From positions 1 through 56,067 of the forward strand of contig CAZEPQ010000001.1 of NCBI GenBank assembly GCA_964514175.1: DNA of 56,067 nt. The letters are read 5' to 3'. The notes below the pieces were generated by a model that searched no databases, was not told where the DNA came from, and saw nothing but the letters and a program-made list of their open reading frames with translations. Source of the DNA: an uncultured Oscillospiraceae bacterium. GTDB taxonomy: Bacteria; Bacillota; Clostridia; Oscillospirales; Oscillospiraceae. Positions 19,505 through 28,814 of the stretch are shown here, one piece after another. A program made the translations under genes and the position numbers. Every line of letters starts with the position of its first letter. The first letter of the stretch is position 1.

Positions 19505-19541
19505 TGAAAATCCCCTCCGGGATTTGTATTCCCGGAGGGGA
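19505..19541 (-). terminator. intra-operon hairpin (partial terminator/attenuator) between the binding-protein and OYE1 genes
   Basis: 11-bp stem tcccctccggg / cccggagggga followed on the minus strand by TTTT. Confidence 0.5.
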
Positions 19542-19553
19542 CCGTTTCAACGA

Positions 19554-21299
19554 TCAGCGCTGGAGGTAACGGTCGTATGCGGCCTGATATACCTCGATGC
19601 ACTCCTGCATACCAAAGTCATCCATGGTCTGCTTATAGGTAGCAAAGCTTTCCTCCGTGAGGGGCTCGCCGCCGGTAATGTACTTCAGGGACATCTCTTC
19701 CACATAGGTGGTAATATCACCGATGTAGGTAGAGTATACAGAGCTTTCGTCTGCATTGAGAGATGCATAGCCGGGATAGTTGCAAGCGGTGTCGGAGTTG
19801 GTGAGCCAGTTCTTCCGAGCTTCCAGCTGAACCTCAGTGTAGTTGGAGTCGGTCTTGGCGTTGAGGATATAATAACCGCCGCCGTTGAACTCACAATATA
19901 CGGAGATCGCAATATCAAATGCCATGTCAGGGTTGTTTACAACCAGATCGGTAAACTGGGGATTGCCGTCGGCATCTCGCTCCCAGGACTTGCCTTCGAT
20001 GCCGTAGTTGGCCAGCAGGCAGCCTTCCTCGGTGTACCAGTAGTTACACCATGCCATGGCCAGTTCAGGATCGGAGCAGTTTGTGGAGATAAAGTTGCCG
20101 CCTCTGGTATCTACCTTGCTGGTAACAGTGGAGAAGTGGGTAGTTGCACCTTCTTCGCCGGCAGGCACAGGCAGACCGGAGATTGCGAAGTTGGGATCCG
20201 TAGAGGTCTCGCTGCTGTAGGAACGCATCTCATTGAGAGAGTTGAACCATACGCCAACCTGGCTGTTATTGACCATATCGCTGGGCGGGAACTGCTGAGA
20301 AGCAGACTGGGCAGCAAAATCGGAATAGAGCAGGCCCTCAGTAAACCAGCGGTTCATCATAGTCAGATAGTCATAGAAGCCGTCCTCATAGAAGCCATAC
20401 TTTACAGTATCGTCTTCCACATAGAAGCCGGGAGAAATGCCGTAGCCTGCAGTGGTTTCCACCACATAGCCAGCAGGATTGCTCCAGTAAGGAGCAGGTA
20501 CATTCAGCTCATTCTTGAACGCGATCAGAGCCTCTTCCAGTTCTTCATAGGTAGAGGGCATTTCCATGCCAACCGCATCCAGATAGTCGGTACGGATAAT
20601 CAGACCACCATTGACGGAACGGGCTTCGTCGTTAATTCCGCAGAAGGAGGGGATATAACCTGCATCCGTATGTACAGCCAGATTCACCTCTTCGTCGCTG
20701 TACAGATAATTGCAGTAATCGGGTGCAAATTCCTCCAGCTTGTCGGAAAGATCCATAATAATCTCGTCTTCCACAGCGCCTTCTACAGAGCCGGAATACT
20801 GGGAACCGAAGCCATAGATAATATCGGTGTAGTCGCCGGAGGCGATCATTAGCTGGAACTGCTCAGAGGCATTCACCAGAGAGAAGCCAACTACCTGAAT
20901 ATTCACGCCCACAGCCTCGTTAATTGCCAGATAAATTTCCTTATTGGATACATCGTCCAGGAAATTGGGCACAAAGGGCGGATAGCTGTACCAGTAGGTC
21001 AGGGTCTCAGAACCATCCGCTACGGGATAATTCAGGGAATCCAGCACCACAGGTCCTTCCTCTGCGGGTTCTTCCGCTACGGGCTCTTCCACCACGGACT
21101 CTTCCACGGGGGGAGCCTCTTCCTCGGGGGCCTCTGCAGTTGCTTCCTCTTCCACAGGAGCAGCTACTTCAGCTTCCTCGACTGTACTTTCCACCGCTGC
21201 GCTTTCAGGGGTGGACTCTGCCACGGATTCAGAGCTGCCGCAGGCCACCAGGCCAAAGAGCAGGCACAAAACCATCAGCAATGAAATTAGTCTCTTCAT
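19554..21299 (-). CDS. large extracellular solute-binding lipoprotein (ABC family-1), orphan
   Basis: MKRLISLLMVLCLLFGLVACGSS lipobox and an acidic linker EEAEVAAPVEEEATAEAPEEEAPPVEE. GGAGGAA lies 6 nt upstream of the ATG at 21299. Confidence 0.85.
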   Translation of the reverse strand: MKRLISLLMVLCLLFGLVACGSSESVAESTPESAAVESTVEEAEVAAPVEEEATAEAPEEEAPPVEESVVEEPVAEEPAEEGPVVLDSLNYPVADGSETLTYWYSYPPFVPNFLDDVSNKEIYLAINEAVGVNIQVVGFSLVNASEQFQLMIASGDYTDIIYGFGSQYSGSVEGAVEDEIIMDLSDKLEEFAPDYCNYLYSDEEVNLAVHTDAGYIPSFCGINDEARSVNGGLIIRTDYLDAVGMEMPSTYEELEEALIAFKNELNVPAPYWSNPAGYVVETTAGYGISPGFYVEDDTVKYGFYEDGFYDYLTMMNRWFTEGLLYSDFAAQSASQQFPPSDMVNNSQVGVWFNSLNEMRSYSSETSTDPNFAISGLPVPAGEEGATTHFSTVTSKVDTRGGNFISTNCSDPELAMAWCNYWYTEEGCLLANYGIEGKSWERDADGNPQFTDLVVNNPDMAFDIAISVYCEFNGGGYYILNAKTDSNYTEVQLEARKNWLTNSDTACNYPGYASLNADESSVYSTYIGDITTYVEEMSLKYITGGEPLTEESFATYKQTMDDFGMQECIEVYQAAYDRYLQR

Positions 21300-21322
21300 T
21301 AACAATTCCTCCATTCCTTAAT

Positions 21323-22219
21323 TTACAAACGGACGCCGCCCTTAACAATGGATGCCAAGGCAGAATACCGTTTTGTGATGTCGTTGTGGCCGGGAGCATA
21401 GGAATTCTCGTCGTCCAGGGTCTTGTAGGGCTCCGGCCAAGGCACCGTATTCTGAACAAGCTGGGTCATAGATGCATTGTTGTGCAGAGGACCCACATCC
21501 GTACAGGGAGGGCCTCCAAACTGTCCCCTGGGCTTCACGGGACGGAATCCGCCGGGGGCACCGCCCTGGCCTTCGCCGCCTGGGCCTGCATCCGCCTTCT
21601 TCTCTTCCTGGGGCGGAGGACCGAAACCGGGTCTGGGATGCACTTCCTCATCGTACATCTTCTGTCCCCAGTTGCTTGTTCCGTATTCCGATCCGACATC
21701 GGGGCACACATGCTCGTGGAAGTAGTACCACTTGCCATCCGTCTCATCGTAGGCAAAGTCAGAGCCATAACGTTCCCAGAGGAATCCGCCGTTACGGACC
21801 TTATTGGGGCTCATTCTGGCCATCATCGTACCGGGGGTCAGGTAGCAGCTTCTGCCGGTCTTTCCGTCCTCGGCCACCTCGATAACGCCGGAGGCCAGAC
21901 AGTGTAGGGCCGTGCAGCCTACGCTGCGTGCATCGAAGTAGGAAGCTCCCTTATAGTTCAGGATGTGGTTGCAATAGCGCTCGTAATAGCCCTCCTCAGG
22001 GTTAATAACGGAGCCAAACCAGACTTCGTCCCAGCCTACCATGCGTCCAAAGAAGTGTGCCCAGGTCACGTCTTCTCCGCGATACCAGATGGCGTCCCAT
22101 TCCTCCTTGGAATAGCCCATGCCGTGGGTGTATGCATGCCAGGCTTTGACCTGTTCGATTTCCTGAGCGCCGATTGCATTGTGCAGGCGCTGTTCGAAGG
22201 TCAGATTCTGATAGATCAT
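21323..22219 (-). CDS. NTF2-like (SnoaL_4-type) protein, subfamily C, copy 1, with Gly/Pro-rich segment
   Basis: GGGAGGG RBS before the ATG at 22219. IEVAEDGKT, WERYGSDFAYDETDGKWYYFHEHVCPD, GP-rich stretch GPPPQEEKKADAGPGGEGQGGAPGG, and tail PWPEPYKTLDD. Confidence 0.7.
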   Translation of the reverse strand: MIYQNLTFEQRLHNAIGAQEIEQVKAWHAYTHGMGYSKEEWDAIWYRGEDVTWAHFFGRMVGWDEVWFGSVINPEEGYYERYCNHILNYKGASYFDARSVGCTALHCLASGVIEVAEDGKTGRSCYLTPGTMMARMSPNKVRNGGFLWERYGSDFAYDETDGKWYYFHEHVCPDVGSEYGTSNWGQKMYDEEVHPRPGFGPPPQEEKKADAGPGGEGQGGAPGGFRPVKPRGQFGGPPCTDVGPLHNNASMTQLVQNTVPWPEPYKTLDDENSYAPGHNDITKRYSALASIVKGGVRL

Positions 22220-22232
22220 TTCGTTCCCTCCC

Positions 22233-23000
22233 TTACTTGTACAGGCCAATCTTATAGCAGGCAGGCTTTCCGTCTGCGTTGTAGGCCTTGGTGTTGTCGA
22301 AGGAGTAATAGGGTCGGGGCAGGCGCTCCCAGACGTCTACCCAGCCGTACAGAGAGTCATAAGCCACATCCCGGATCGTAGGATCGCCGCAGGCCTGTTC
22401 GACAATGTCTGCGCCCCAGGGAGCTTCGGGATCCAGATCGCCGTAGGACTTGCCGGCGGGGATAATGTGATCGTAGGTAATGAGCAGATGCCAGATCTTC
22501 CAGGTGTCATCCTCTTTTTTCAGATCCGCAAAGACTTTGGCAAAGGTAAAGTTGCTGTCAGAGCTGCCTTCGGCATCGCCCACACAGTAAAGACCGCAAT
22601 CGTAGCCGATATATTTGGCGGTAAGGCCGTCCCCTGCCAATTCAATGTAGGGCGTATTCATTGTGTGAACGAAGGATGCGCCATAGCCCAGGTTTTTCTC
22701 GCTGAGCTCCACGCCCTTCTTCTCATGGTACAGCTTCAGGTTGTCCACGCGGGCATCATACTGATCCTTCACATAGTGCTTTATGATATTCTCCAGGCCT
22801 ACGTAATAGCCGTTGTTATAGCCCAGAGACGCAGTTGCCAGATTTTCTTCCTTAGAGACCCAAAGCTCCGTGATGCAACGGCGGCGGTCATCGTTGGCGG
22901 TATAGTATGCATAGCGGTTTAAAAGATCCTTGATCTCTTCCTTGTCCCAGAGCCGCCAAACCTGCTCCTCAGGGGTCAAATGTAAATTCATTTCTGCCAT
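22233..23000 (-). CDS. NTF2-like (SnoaL_4-type) protein, subfamily B, copy 1
   Basis: EEIKDLLNRYAYYTANDD helix-1 motif, LWVS...TASLGYNNGYYVG, and DDTWKIWHLL terminal strand motif. AAGGAGG RBS. Confidence 0.7.
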   Translation of the reverse strand: MAEMNLHLTPEEQVWRLWDKEEIKDLLNRYAYYTANDDRRRCITELWVSKEENLATASLGYNNGYYVGLENIIKHYVKDQYDARVDNLKLYHEKKGVELSEKNLGYGASFVHTMNTPYIELAGDGLTAKYIGYDCGLYCVGDAEGSSDSNFTFAKVFADLKKEDDTWKIWHLLITYDHIIPAGKSYGDLDPEAPWGADIVEQACGDPTIRDVAYDSLYGWVDVWERLPRPYYSFDNTKAYNADGKPACYKIGLYK

Positions 23001-23014
23001 GGATTCTGCCTCCT

Positions 23015-23743
23015 TTACACGCTGTAGCTGAAGGTTTCAGCAAAGGTCTTGTATGGCTCCGGTACCCGAGGCGAGGGGGTAAAGGGGCGATCGGCCCGAT
23101 AGGTTTCCCGCAGGGTGCAGGGCTTTGTAGGAGCCGGGAACTGCAGGGAAGCCATCTCCGCAAAAGCGGGATCTACAGGCAGCGCTTCCGGCGTGTCCGT
23201 CAGATTGAGACCCTGGCGGCAATCCACTTCATGGAGGTCCAGCATATGCCAGATCTTCCAGGTGCCGTCCTCCAGGATAAAGTCCACGGCCCAATAGCTG
23301 AAATCCCAGAAGGAAACAGGGCCTGCTTCTGTGACCTTTTCCACCAGGCCACGAACCACCCAAAGTCCCTTGGCAGTCTGAAGATCGTCAGCTACCTCCA
23401 CCACCTGCGTATCTATGGGACGGTAGGATATCTGCCCAACGCCGAAGCATTCCTCGTCAGATTTATCCCCCAGTTTCTCCGGGAAGCGGGCCTTAATGAG
23501 TCGGCTTGCCAGAGCGATTTCCTCAGCCAGTGCGCTGTAATAACCTTTCACCGCCTCCTGGCCCAGATAATAGCCTTCATTGACACCAAGGCTCACATCC
23601 TCACGGCTGCTCCAGAATTTCGCCAGAGCGCCCTCCTGCTTGATGCAATAGCTTTGGGAATACTTACCCATAATGTTCTGGACCTCGCGGCGGATTTCCC
23701 AGCGGGTCAGAAGATGCTCCGCTGTAAAGTCTTTTTTTCGCAT
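23015..23743 (-). CDS. NTF2-like (SnoaL_4-type) protein, subfamily A, copy 1
   Basis: FWSSREDVSLGVNEGYYLGQEAVKGYY, GPVSFW, EDGTWKIWHML, and tail VPEPYKTFAETFSYSV. Confidence 0.7.
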   Translation of the reverse strand: MRKKDFTAEHLLTRWEIRREVQNIMGKYSQSYCIKQEGALAKFWSSREDVSLGVNEGYYLGQEAVKGYYSALAEEIALASRLIKARFPEKLGDKSDEECFGVGQISYRPIDTQVVEVADDLQTAKGLWVVRGLVEKVTEAGPVSFWDFSYWAVDFILEDGTWKIWHMLDLHEVDCRQGLNLTDTPEALPVDPAFAEMASLQFPAPTKPCTLRETYRADRPFTPSPRVPEPYKTFAETFSYSV

Positions 23744-23863
23744 GATATCCCTCCTAGTGCGTATGTAAAATACATCCAGTGAACAATATAATTATATATG
23801 ATGGAGGGGGGCCGAAAAAGAACCACAATTGGAGATTTCAAGCCAGAATTTGACTAAAGGCTC

Positions 23864-23892
23864 TTGAAGCCATCTGGAATTACAGGTATAAT
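23864..23892 (+). promoter_or_regulatory. sigma-A type promoter for the AraC regulator gene
   Basis: TTGAAG (23864-23869), 17-nt spacer, TATAAT (23887-23892). Lies 30 nt upstream of the ATG. Confidence 0.45.
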
Positions 23893-23921
23893 TACAGTGA
23901 CGCAAAACAGGAGGAATTCGC

Positions 23922-25244
23922 ATGGCTCAGGTAAGAAATTTAGAGGAAGAATGCCGCATTCTTCAGGCGGAAAATGCCCGGCTGCGGCAGGAGTGCCTGA
24001 AATATCGGCAGCAGGAACTAATGGAACATCTGCTCCGGGGAGAGTTTGTCTCCGGCCAGAAGATCCGTGCGGATCTCCACGAAGTAGGGATCGATCTGAC
24101 AAAGGATTCCTATATCGAATTGTATGTGAACGTACTTATGCTGCCCCCAGCCCCCGAAGGGCCCCCGGATGACATAGGGCTTCCCCCTGTGGACTTTAAA
24201 GCCATATATGAGGACGGCATCTCCGGTCTGATCCGGCAATGCTACCCGGATTCCTTTGCGGTTTCGGCCCGTTGCGGTTCCGGGATCGTGGCGATTTTGC
24301 AAATGGATCGAGTCTCCGGCGCCCTGCCGGAACAGATGGATCCCGGCAATTTCATAGATTCACTGAACGCAAAGGCCCTGGAATTGGCAGATGCCCTCAG
24401 CAGGGACCACGGAATCGAGGTCTTTGTGGCCATCAGCCGACCACATCACGGTGTTGACGGCATTCCCGATGCCCATCAGGAGATCCTGGAAATCGACAAC
24501 TATCGCGCGGTAATGGGAATCGACGTACCCGTACTCTGTTACCACGATTTCGAAATGGCAGAAGCGGACAATAACGGAGACTATACGATGCTGCGGATGG
24601 AGCAGCAATATCTCAGCAGCGTTGAGCTGGGGGAATACGAACAGGCCCGTCAAATCCTGCAAAGCATGATCGACCAGGAATTCCGCCATGCGGTCCCCTC
24701 GCTTTTCTCCCTGCGCTACAAGCTGTCTGCAAAGCTGGGCTTGCTTCTCATCACGCTTGAAAAGTTCCAGGAAAAAGAGCAGGTAGCGGTTTTTGACGAG
24801 GTGTTCCATCTTCAGAAATCCCTGACCCAGGAAGATCTGACTTTGGAGGATCTTCGCTCGAAAATAGATCTGATTTTCACCCATATCAAGGCATATACGG
24901 AGCAACAGAAAAATCCCAAATGGATGAATCCGCTGCTCAGCTATGTGGACGAGAACTATACCCGACCTGATCTCAACGTGGCATCCATTAGCGTGGTCTT
25001 TCAGCTCAATCCCTCCTATTTGACCCGGGAGGTAAAGCGCTGCACGGGCAGCAGTCTACTGGAGCTGCTGCAAAAGAAACGATTGGATCACGCCATAGCC
25101 CTCATTGACAGCGGTGCCAGCATGGCACAAGCCGCAACCCAAAGCGGCTTTGGCGATATTCGTTCCATGCGGCGTGCCTTCCAGAAATATGTGCAGGCCA
25201 CGCCTCAGCTATACTTCGATGAGCGCCATAGATCTGGGGAATGA
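23922..25244 (+). CDS. AraC-family regulator with long receiver-less N-terminal domain (AraC-1)
   Basis: 440 aa. C-terminal double HTH ...LNVASISVVFQLNPSYLTREVKR...AQAATQSGFGDIRSMRRAFQKY. The N-terminus has a coiled-coil-like LEEECRILQAENARLRQECLKYRQQEL. AGGAGG RBS. Confidence 0.85.
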   Translation: MAQVRNLEEECRILQAENARLRQECLKYRQQELMEHLLRGEFVSGQKIRADLHEVGIDLTKDSYIELYVNVLMLPPAPEGPPDDIGLPPVDFKAIYEDGISGLIRQCYPDSFAVSARCGSGIVAILQMDRVSGALPEQMDPGNFIDSLNAKALELADALSRDHGIEVFVAISRPHHGVDGIPDAHQEILEIDNYRAVMGIDVPVLCYHDFEMAEADNNGDYTMLRMEQQYLSSVELGEYEQARQILQSMIDQEFRHAVPSLFSLRYKLSAKLGLLLITLEKFQEKEQVAVFDEVFHLQKSLTQEDLTLEDLRSKIDLIFTHIKAYTEQQKNPKWMNPLLSYVDENYTRPDLNVASISVVFQLNPSYLTREVKRCTGSSLLELLQKKRLDHAIALIDSGASMAQAATQSGFGDIRSMRRAFQKYVQATPQLYFDERHRSGE

Positions 25245-25316
25245 GCGTTTCGAGGTCTGCATCCTGAAGAAAATCGGTGAAAGCTCTACTCTAAAAAACG
25301 CCTCTCTCAGTCAAAA

Positions 25317-25348
25317 GGACCTGTTGCAACGTTCGCCGCAACAGGTCC
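25317..25348. terminator. bidirectional hairpin between convergent AraC-1 and OYE2 genes
   Basis: 11-bp stem ggacctgttgc / gcaacaggtcc with T-rich flanks on both strands. Confidence 0.5.
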
Positions 25349-25468
25349 TTCGTATTCGGTTCTCTGTGAGATAAGGCTTTGTGAATAGCCATAAGCCAAT
25401 ACGTCTTGCTCCTTGAAGCCACGCCCAAAGGCTAGACTTTAGACATAGCCGCCCGGTTTTCCTGTTTC

Positions 25469-27424
25469 CTACAGCACCCTCAGGGCACCGAAATAAGCCG
25501 TATGGGTGGCATCATAGATGTTATTCCCGCCCTCGCAATCACCTACAGGGATGACACCCCGGGCATACTTCTCCTGAAGGGACTCCAACAGTATCCGCCG
25601 GGGCTTGACTCCCAGCGCTACGATGCAGGTATCCGCGGAGACCGCAGCCTGGCCATCCCGGGTCTCCAGAACCGCGCCGGTCCCGGTGAACTCTAGGATG
25701 CGATGCTCCGGCAGAAGGGTCACACCTTCATTCTTCAGGCACTGCATCAGATCCAGTCGAGGGAAATAGGGCATTCCGTCGGCAAACCGTTCCTCCGGAA
25801 GCAGATCGCAAACGGTCACATTGTGTCCCTCCCGGCGGAGGCTCAAGGCACATTCCAGGCCGGCAGAACCACCGCCACAGACCAAAATATCCTTGCCCAG
25901 CAGACTGTGGTCGGCCTCAGCGTCATGGAGCATTACCACGTTTCCGCCGTCAATGCCGGGGATGCCCGGACGGAGATATTCGGATCCAGTGGCAACGATG
26001 ACTGCATCGGGGCCGAAGGCCTCCACCATATCTGCGTTTACTTCTGTGTTCAGACGAATTTCCGCACCGCAGGTTTCGGCGGAATGGACCAGCCATTCAA
26101 GATATTTTTTCATATATCCCTTGCAGGAAGGCGCTGCCGCGTCAATGAGCAGACCGCCCAGCCGGTCAGAGCGCTCGCAGAGAATGACCTGATGGCCCCG
26201 CTGGGTCAGCGTCACAGCGGCGGTGATGCCTGCCGGTCCGCCACCCACCACAAGAACCTTTCTTGCGGCTTTGGGAAGGGGCAGTGCGCGAATGTCCTGC
26301 TCAAAACCGAGGGCAGGATTTACGGCACAGTGAATGGCCTTGCCCCGGGCGGAGTTGTCGATACAGCCCCGATGACACCGGAGACAAGGACGAATGTCCT
26401 CCTGACGTCCCGCAAGGCATTTGTCCACCATCTGATTGTCGGAAAGGTACGCCCGTGCCATGCAGATAACATCCGCCGCACCGGAGGCGATGACCTGCTC
26501 TGCCTCATCGATTGTACTGAAATTTCCTACGGTGGCCACAGGCTTTTTCACTCGCTGCTTGACTTTTCGGGCATATTCCACGTTGAGCATGGGTTCCCGC
26601 AGGAAGGTGGGCAGGGTGTAGATGCCTGCATCGTTGTAGACGATACCTCGTGAAACGTGAATCAGATCCACATATCCCTGTGCGGCTTCTATGAAGTCGA
26701 GAGATTCCTCCAGCTCCAGAGCGCCAGGGGTCATCTCCGTGGCAGAAACACGAAGTTCAATGGCTACCTTCGGCCCTACGGCCTCCCGGACAGCCTGGAT
26801 GACCTCCAATGGGAAGCGGCGGCGGTTTTCCGGGCTTCCGCCGTATTCGTCCGTACGGAGGTTGCTCAAGGGAGAGAGAAACTGTCCCAACAGATTGTTA
26901 TGGGCAGCGTGAATCATCACCATGGGAAAACCGGCAGATACCGCATGCTGAGCAGCAGTGACAAACTGTTCCTTCACCCGTGCCATATCTTCCTCGTCCA
27001 TGGGGCGCACATTCTGGCTGCATCGGGGAAAAGGCACTGCTGAAGGCGCAATGGCAGGACCGGAGATCAGATGATCCTTGGCGCCTCGCCCGGAGTGATT
27101 CAGCTCCACGGACAGTACCGCACCGTTGTACCGGGCAGCCTCCGCAAGACGGATCATACCGGGAATACTGGTATGCCGGGCAATGTTCATCGTTGCCATA
27201 AAAGCGCCGCCCAGATCGTCATCCACCTGCGTGTCGCCGATGGTCACATAGCCAACGCCGCAGCGCGCCTGCATGGTAACGAATTCTACCATGGCATCGG
27301 TAACGGTGCCGTCAATGGTGCATTGATTGCAGACCATGGGCGCAAAGCCCAGCCGGTTCTTCAGCGTCACCGGCCCGATCTTCAAAGGTGAAAATACATG
27401 CGTATAGGATTGCTTCTCCAGCAT
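25469..27424 (-). CDS. OYE-like / 2,4-dienoyl-CoA-reductase-type Fe-S flavoprotein (OYE2, canonical)
   Basis: 651 aa. FSPLKIGPVTLKNRLGFAPM, HAAHNNLLGQFLSPLSNLRTDEYGGSPENRRRF, Cys cluster CLRCHRGCIDNSARGKAIHCAVNP, and VLVVGGGPAGITAAV plus ILVCGGGSAGLECAL folds. Confidence 0.9.
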   Translation of the reverse strand: MLEKQSYTHVFSPLKIGPVTLKNRLGFAPMVCNQCTIDGTVTDAMVEFVTMQARCGVGYVTIGDTQVDDDLGGAFMATMNIARHTSIPGMIRLAEAARYNGAVLSVELNHSGRGAKDHLISGPAIAPSAVPFPRCSQNVRPMDEEDMARVKEQFVTAAQHAVSAGFPMVMIHAAHNNLLGQFLSPLSNLRTDEYGGSPENRRRFPLEVIQAVREAVGPKVAIELRVSATEMTPGALELEESLDFIEAAQGYVDLIHVSRGIVYNDAGIYTLPTFLREPMLNVEYARKVKQRVKKPVATVGNFSTIDEAEQVIASGAADVICMARAYLSDNQMVDKCLAGRQEDIRPCLRCHRGCIDNSARGKAIHCAVNPALGFEQDIRALPLPKAARKVLVVGGGPAGITAAVTLTQRGHQVILCERSDRLGGLLIDAAAPSCKGYMKKYLEWLVHSAETCGAEIRLNTEVNADMVEAFGPDAVIVATGSEYLRPGIPGIDGGNVVMLHDAEADHSLLGKDILVCGGGSAGLECALSLRREGHNVTVCDLLPEERFADGMPYFPRLDLMQCLKNEGVTLLPEHRILEFTGTGAVLETRDGQAAVSADTCIVALGVKPRRILLESLQEKYARGVIPVGDCEGGNNIYDATHTAYFGALRVL

Positions 27425-27456
27425 AAAAACGACCTGCCTTTTCTAGGGTTTTCCTT

Positions 27457-27485
27457 ATTATAAATTCTGGACGGAAAGAAAGCAA
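27457..27485 (-). promoter_or_regulatory. sigma-A type promoter for OYE2
   Basis: On the minus strand: TTGCTT, 17-nt spacer, TATAAT. Lies ~30 nt upstream of the ATG at 27424. Confidence 0.5.
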
Positions 27486-27645
27486 GGGTACGACGGGGAA
27501 ATACTCCCGTATCATCTCGATACAGGGGTATCATATGGGGCTGAGATCGCCACGCTCTTCCTCTGCCTCGGGAAAACCTGAAAACCTCTCGCCTAAAGGC
27601 AAATAAGTGCAGCAAAAGCTCTGTCAGAAGGAACTTTCGTCACAC

Positions 27646-27682
27646 AAAAACCGTTGCCGGACTTTCGTCGGCAACGGTTTTT
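27646..27682 (-). terminator. rho-independent terminator after flavodoxin-like F2
   Basis: 14-bp stem aaaaaccgttgccg / cggcaacggttttt with a T-run on the minus strand. Lies 24 nt after the F2 stop. Confidence 0.7.
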
Positions 27683-27705
27683 GTTGGGGGGCATATAAAG
27701 GAAAA

Positions 27706-28617
27706 TCAGCTGATGCAGGTATACATGGCATAGGGCGGTCTGGGATCGCCGGTGGTGGTGAGGAAGTAGTCCTCGATGATCTCTGCCATAAAGATCTTCG
27801 CCTTGGTCAGGTCACGCTTAGAGGGGCGCTTGGCCATATCATAGTGCCAGAAGGTGGAGCCGGGTTTACCGATGCCCAGAGGATCGTTGCTCTCCAGCAT
27901 AGAGTAGTCATCCTCCACGGCCATGTACTTTTCGATGACGGCAGTCTTTTCCGGATCAGAAGTAAACTCCTCTGCTTCGGGCTCGATGCTCCAGCGCTGG
28001 AGCATGGCCTGTGCGTCGGCAATGTTGATACCAAGTTCCTTGGCACAGCCGTCCACGGCCTCGTGACGCATCTCCTTGCCGGGGCAAGCAAACTTGCCTA
28101 CGGTACGGACACCGTTGACACGGAGCAGTTCTTCCAGAACGGCCAAGGTACCCTGGCACTCAGGCTCGCCAACACCGCTGCCACCGTAGGTGGTATAGAC
28201 CACGCCGTAAATCGTGGGAAGATGATCGCCCTTGGCGCCGGGGGAACCGGTGGCAACGGAGGGGGCAACGATGCCGGGAACGCCGGAATGATTCATCAAA
28301 CGGGCAATGGGATTCTTTTCGGGATCACCGGGATTACTGGGGTTGGAAGTAGTACCCATAATATTACGACCGCCGGTAAGGCCCAGGAGCTGATAGACCT
28401 CCTTATAGGGAAGACCGGCAACGATCAGGCTGCCCAGCACAACGATGTCATACTCCCAGAAGTAAACAGGATTTGCGGCCCAGTCCTTCTTGGGGGTGAT
28501 CTTCTCACAGCGAACTTCAAAGCCGTATTCTTCCAGAACCTCAGCCATGGCCTTGCCAACCATTTCGGTATTACCGGTGAGGGAGCCGTACAGGACTACC
28601 GCTTTACGTTTTTTCAT
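27706..28617 (-). CDS. long flavodoxin-like protein, paralog F2
   Basis: AVVLYGSLTGNTE, YGGSGVG...VNGVRTVGKFACPGKE, and tail DPRPPYAMYTCIS. It aligns along its full length with F1, and nucleotide-level similarity is visible near the 3-prime ends. GGAGG lies 9 nt upstream of the ATG at 28617; the ORF-track TTG at 28623 is too close to the RBS. Confidence 0.7.
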   Translation of the reverse strand: MKKRKAVVLYGSLTGNTEMVGKAMAEVLEEYGFEVRCEKITPKKDWAANPVYFWEYDIVVLGSLIVAGLPYKEVYQLLGLTGGRNIMGTTSNPSNPGDPEKNPIARLMNHSGVPGIVAPSVATGSPGAKGDHLPTIYGVVYTTYGGSGVGEPECQGTLAVLEELLRVNGVRTVGKFACPGKEMRHEAVDGCAKELGINIADAQAMLQRWSIEPEAEEFTSDPEKTAVIEKYMAVEDDYSMLESNDPLGIGKPGSTFWHYDMAKRPSKRDLTKAKIFMAEIIEDYFLTTTGDPRPPYAMYTCIS

Positions 28618-28814
28618 AGTCAATTACCTCCATTTTTGATCGTCAAGTTGCGATGCATCCATGTTGTTATTTTGAGTGTATCATACTTTCTTCCATGGAA
28701 CAATCGGCAAGTATTAAAAACATCCCAGATTTTAAACCCCAAAAACAAAACATCTTGTTTTTTTAATTCAACTGTGGTACTAATAAGAAAAATCACCCAA
28801 TATGGAGAATAAAC

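Noticed and set aside
17502-27424. Calling the region a bile-acid-inducible (bai) operon because it has BaiE-like NTF2 proteins, BaiCD/BaiH-like flavoenzymes and a BaiJ-like FAD protein.
   Set aside because: The defining genes (CoA ligase baiB, 3-alpha-HSDH baiA, type-III CoA-transferase baiF, transporter baiG) are absent. The NTF2 proteins are twice the BaiE size and occur as triads. Only an analogy of enzyme classes is justified.
27425-27645. The 220-nt region upstream of OYE2 as a possible riboswitch (for example FMN).
   Set aside because: I could not find conserved riboswitch cores such as the FMN element motifs. The region is better explained by a terminator for F2 plus a TTGCTT-17-TATAAT promoter close to the start. 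An Rfam scan would settle it.
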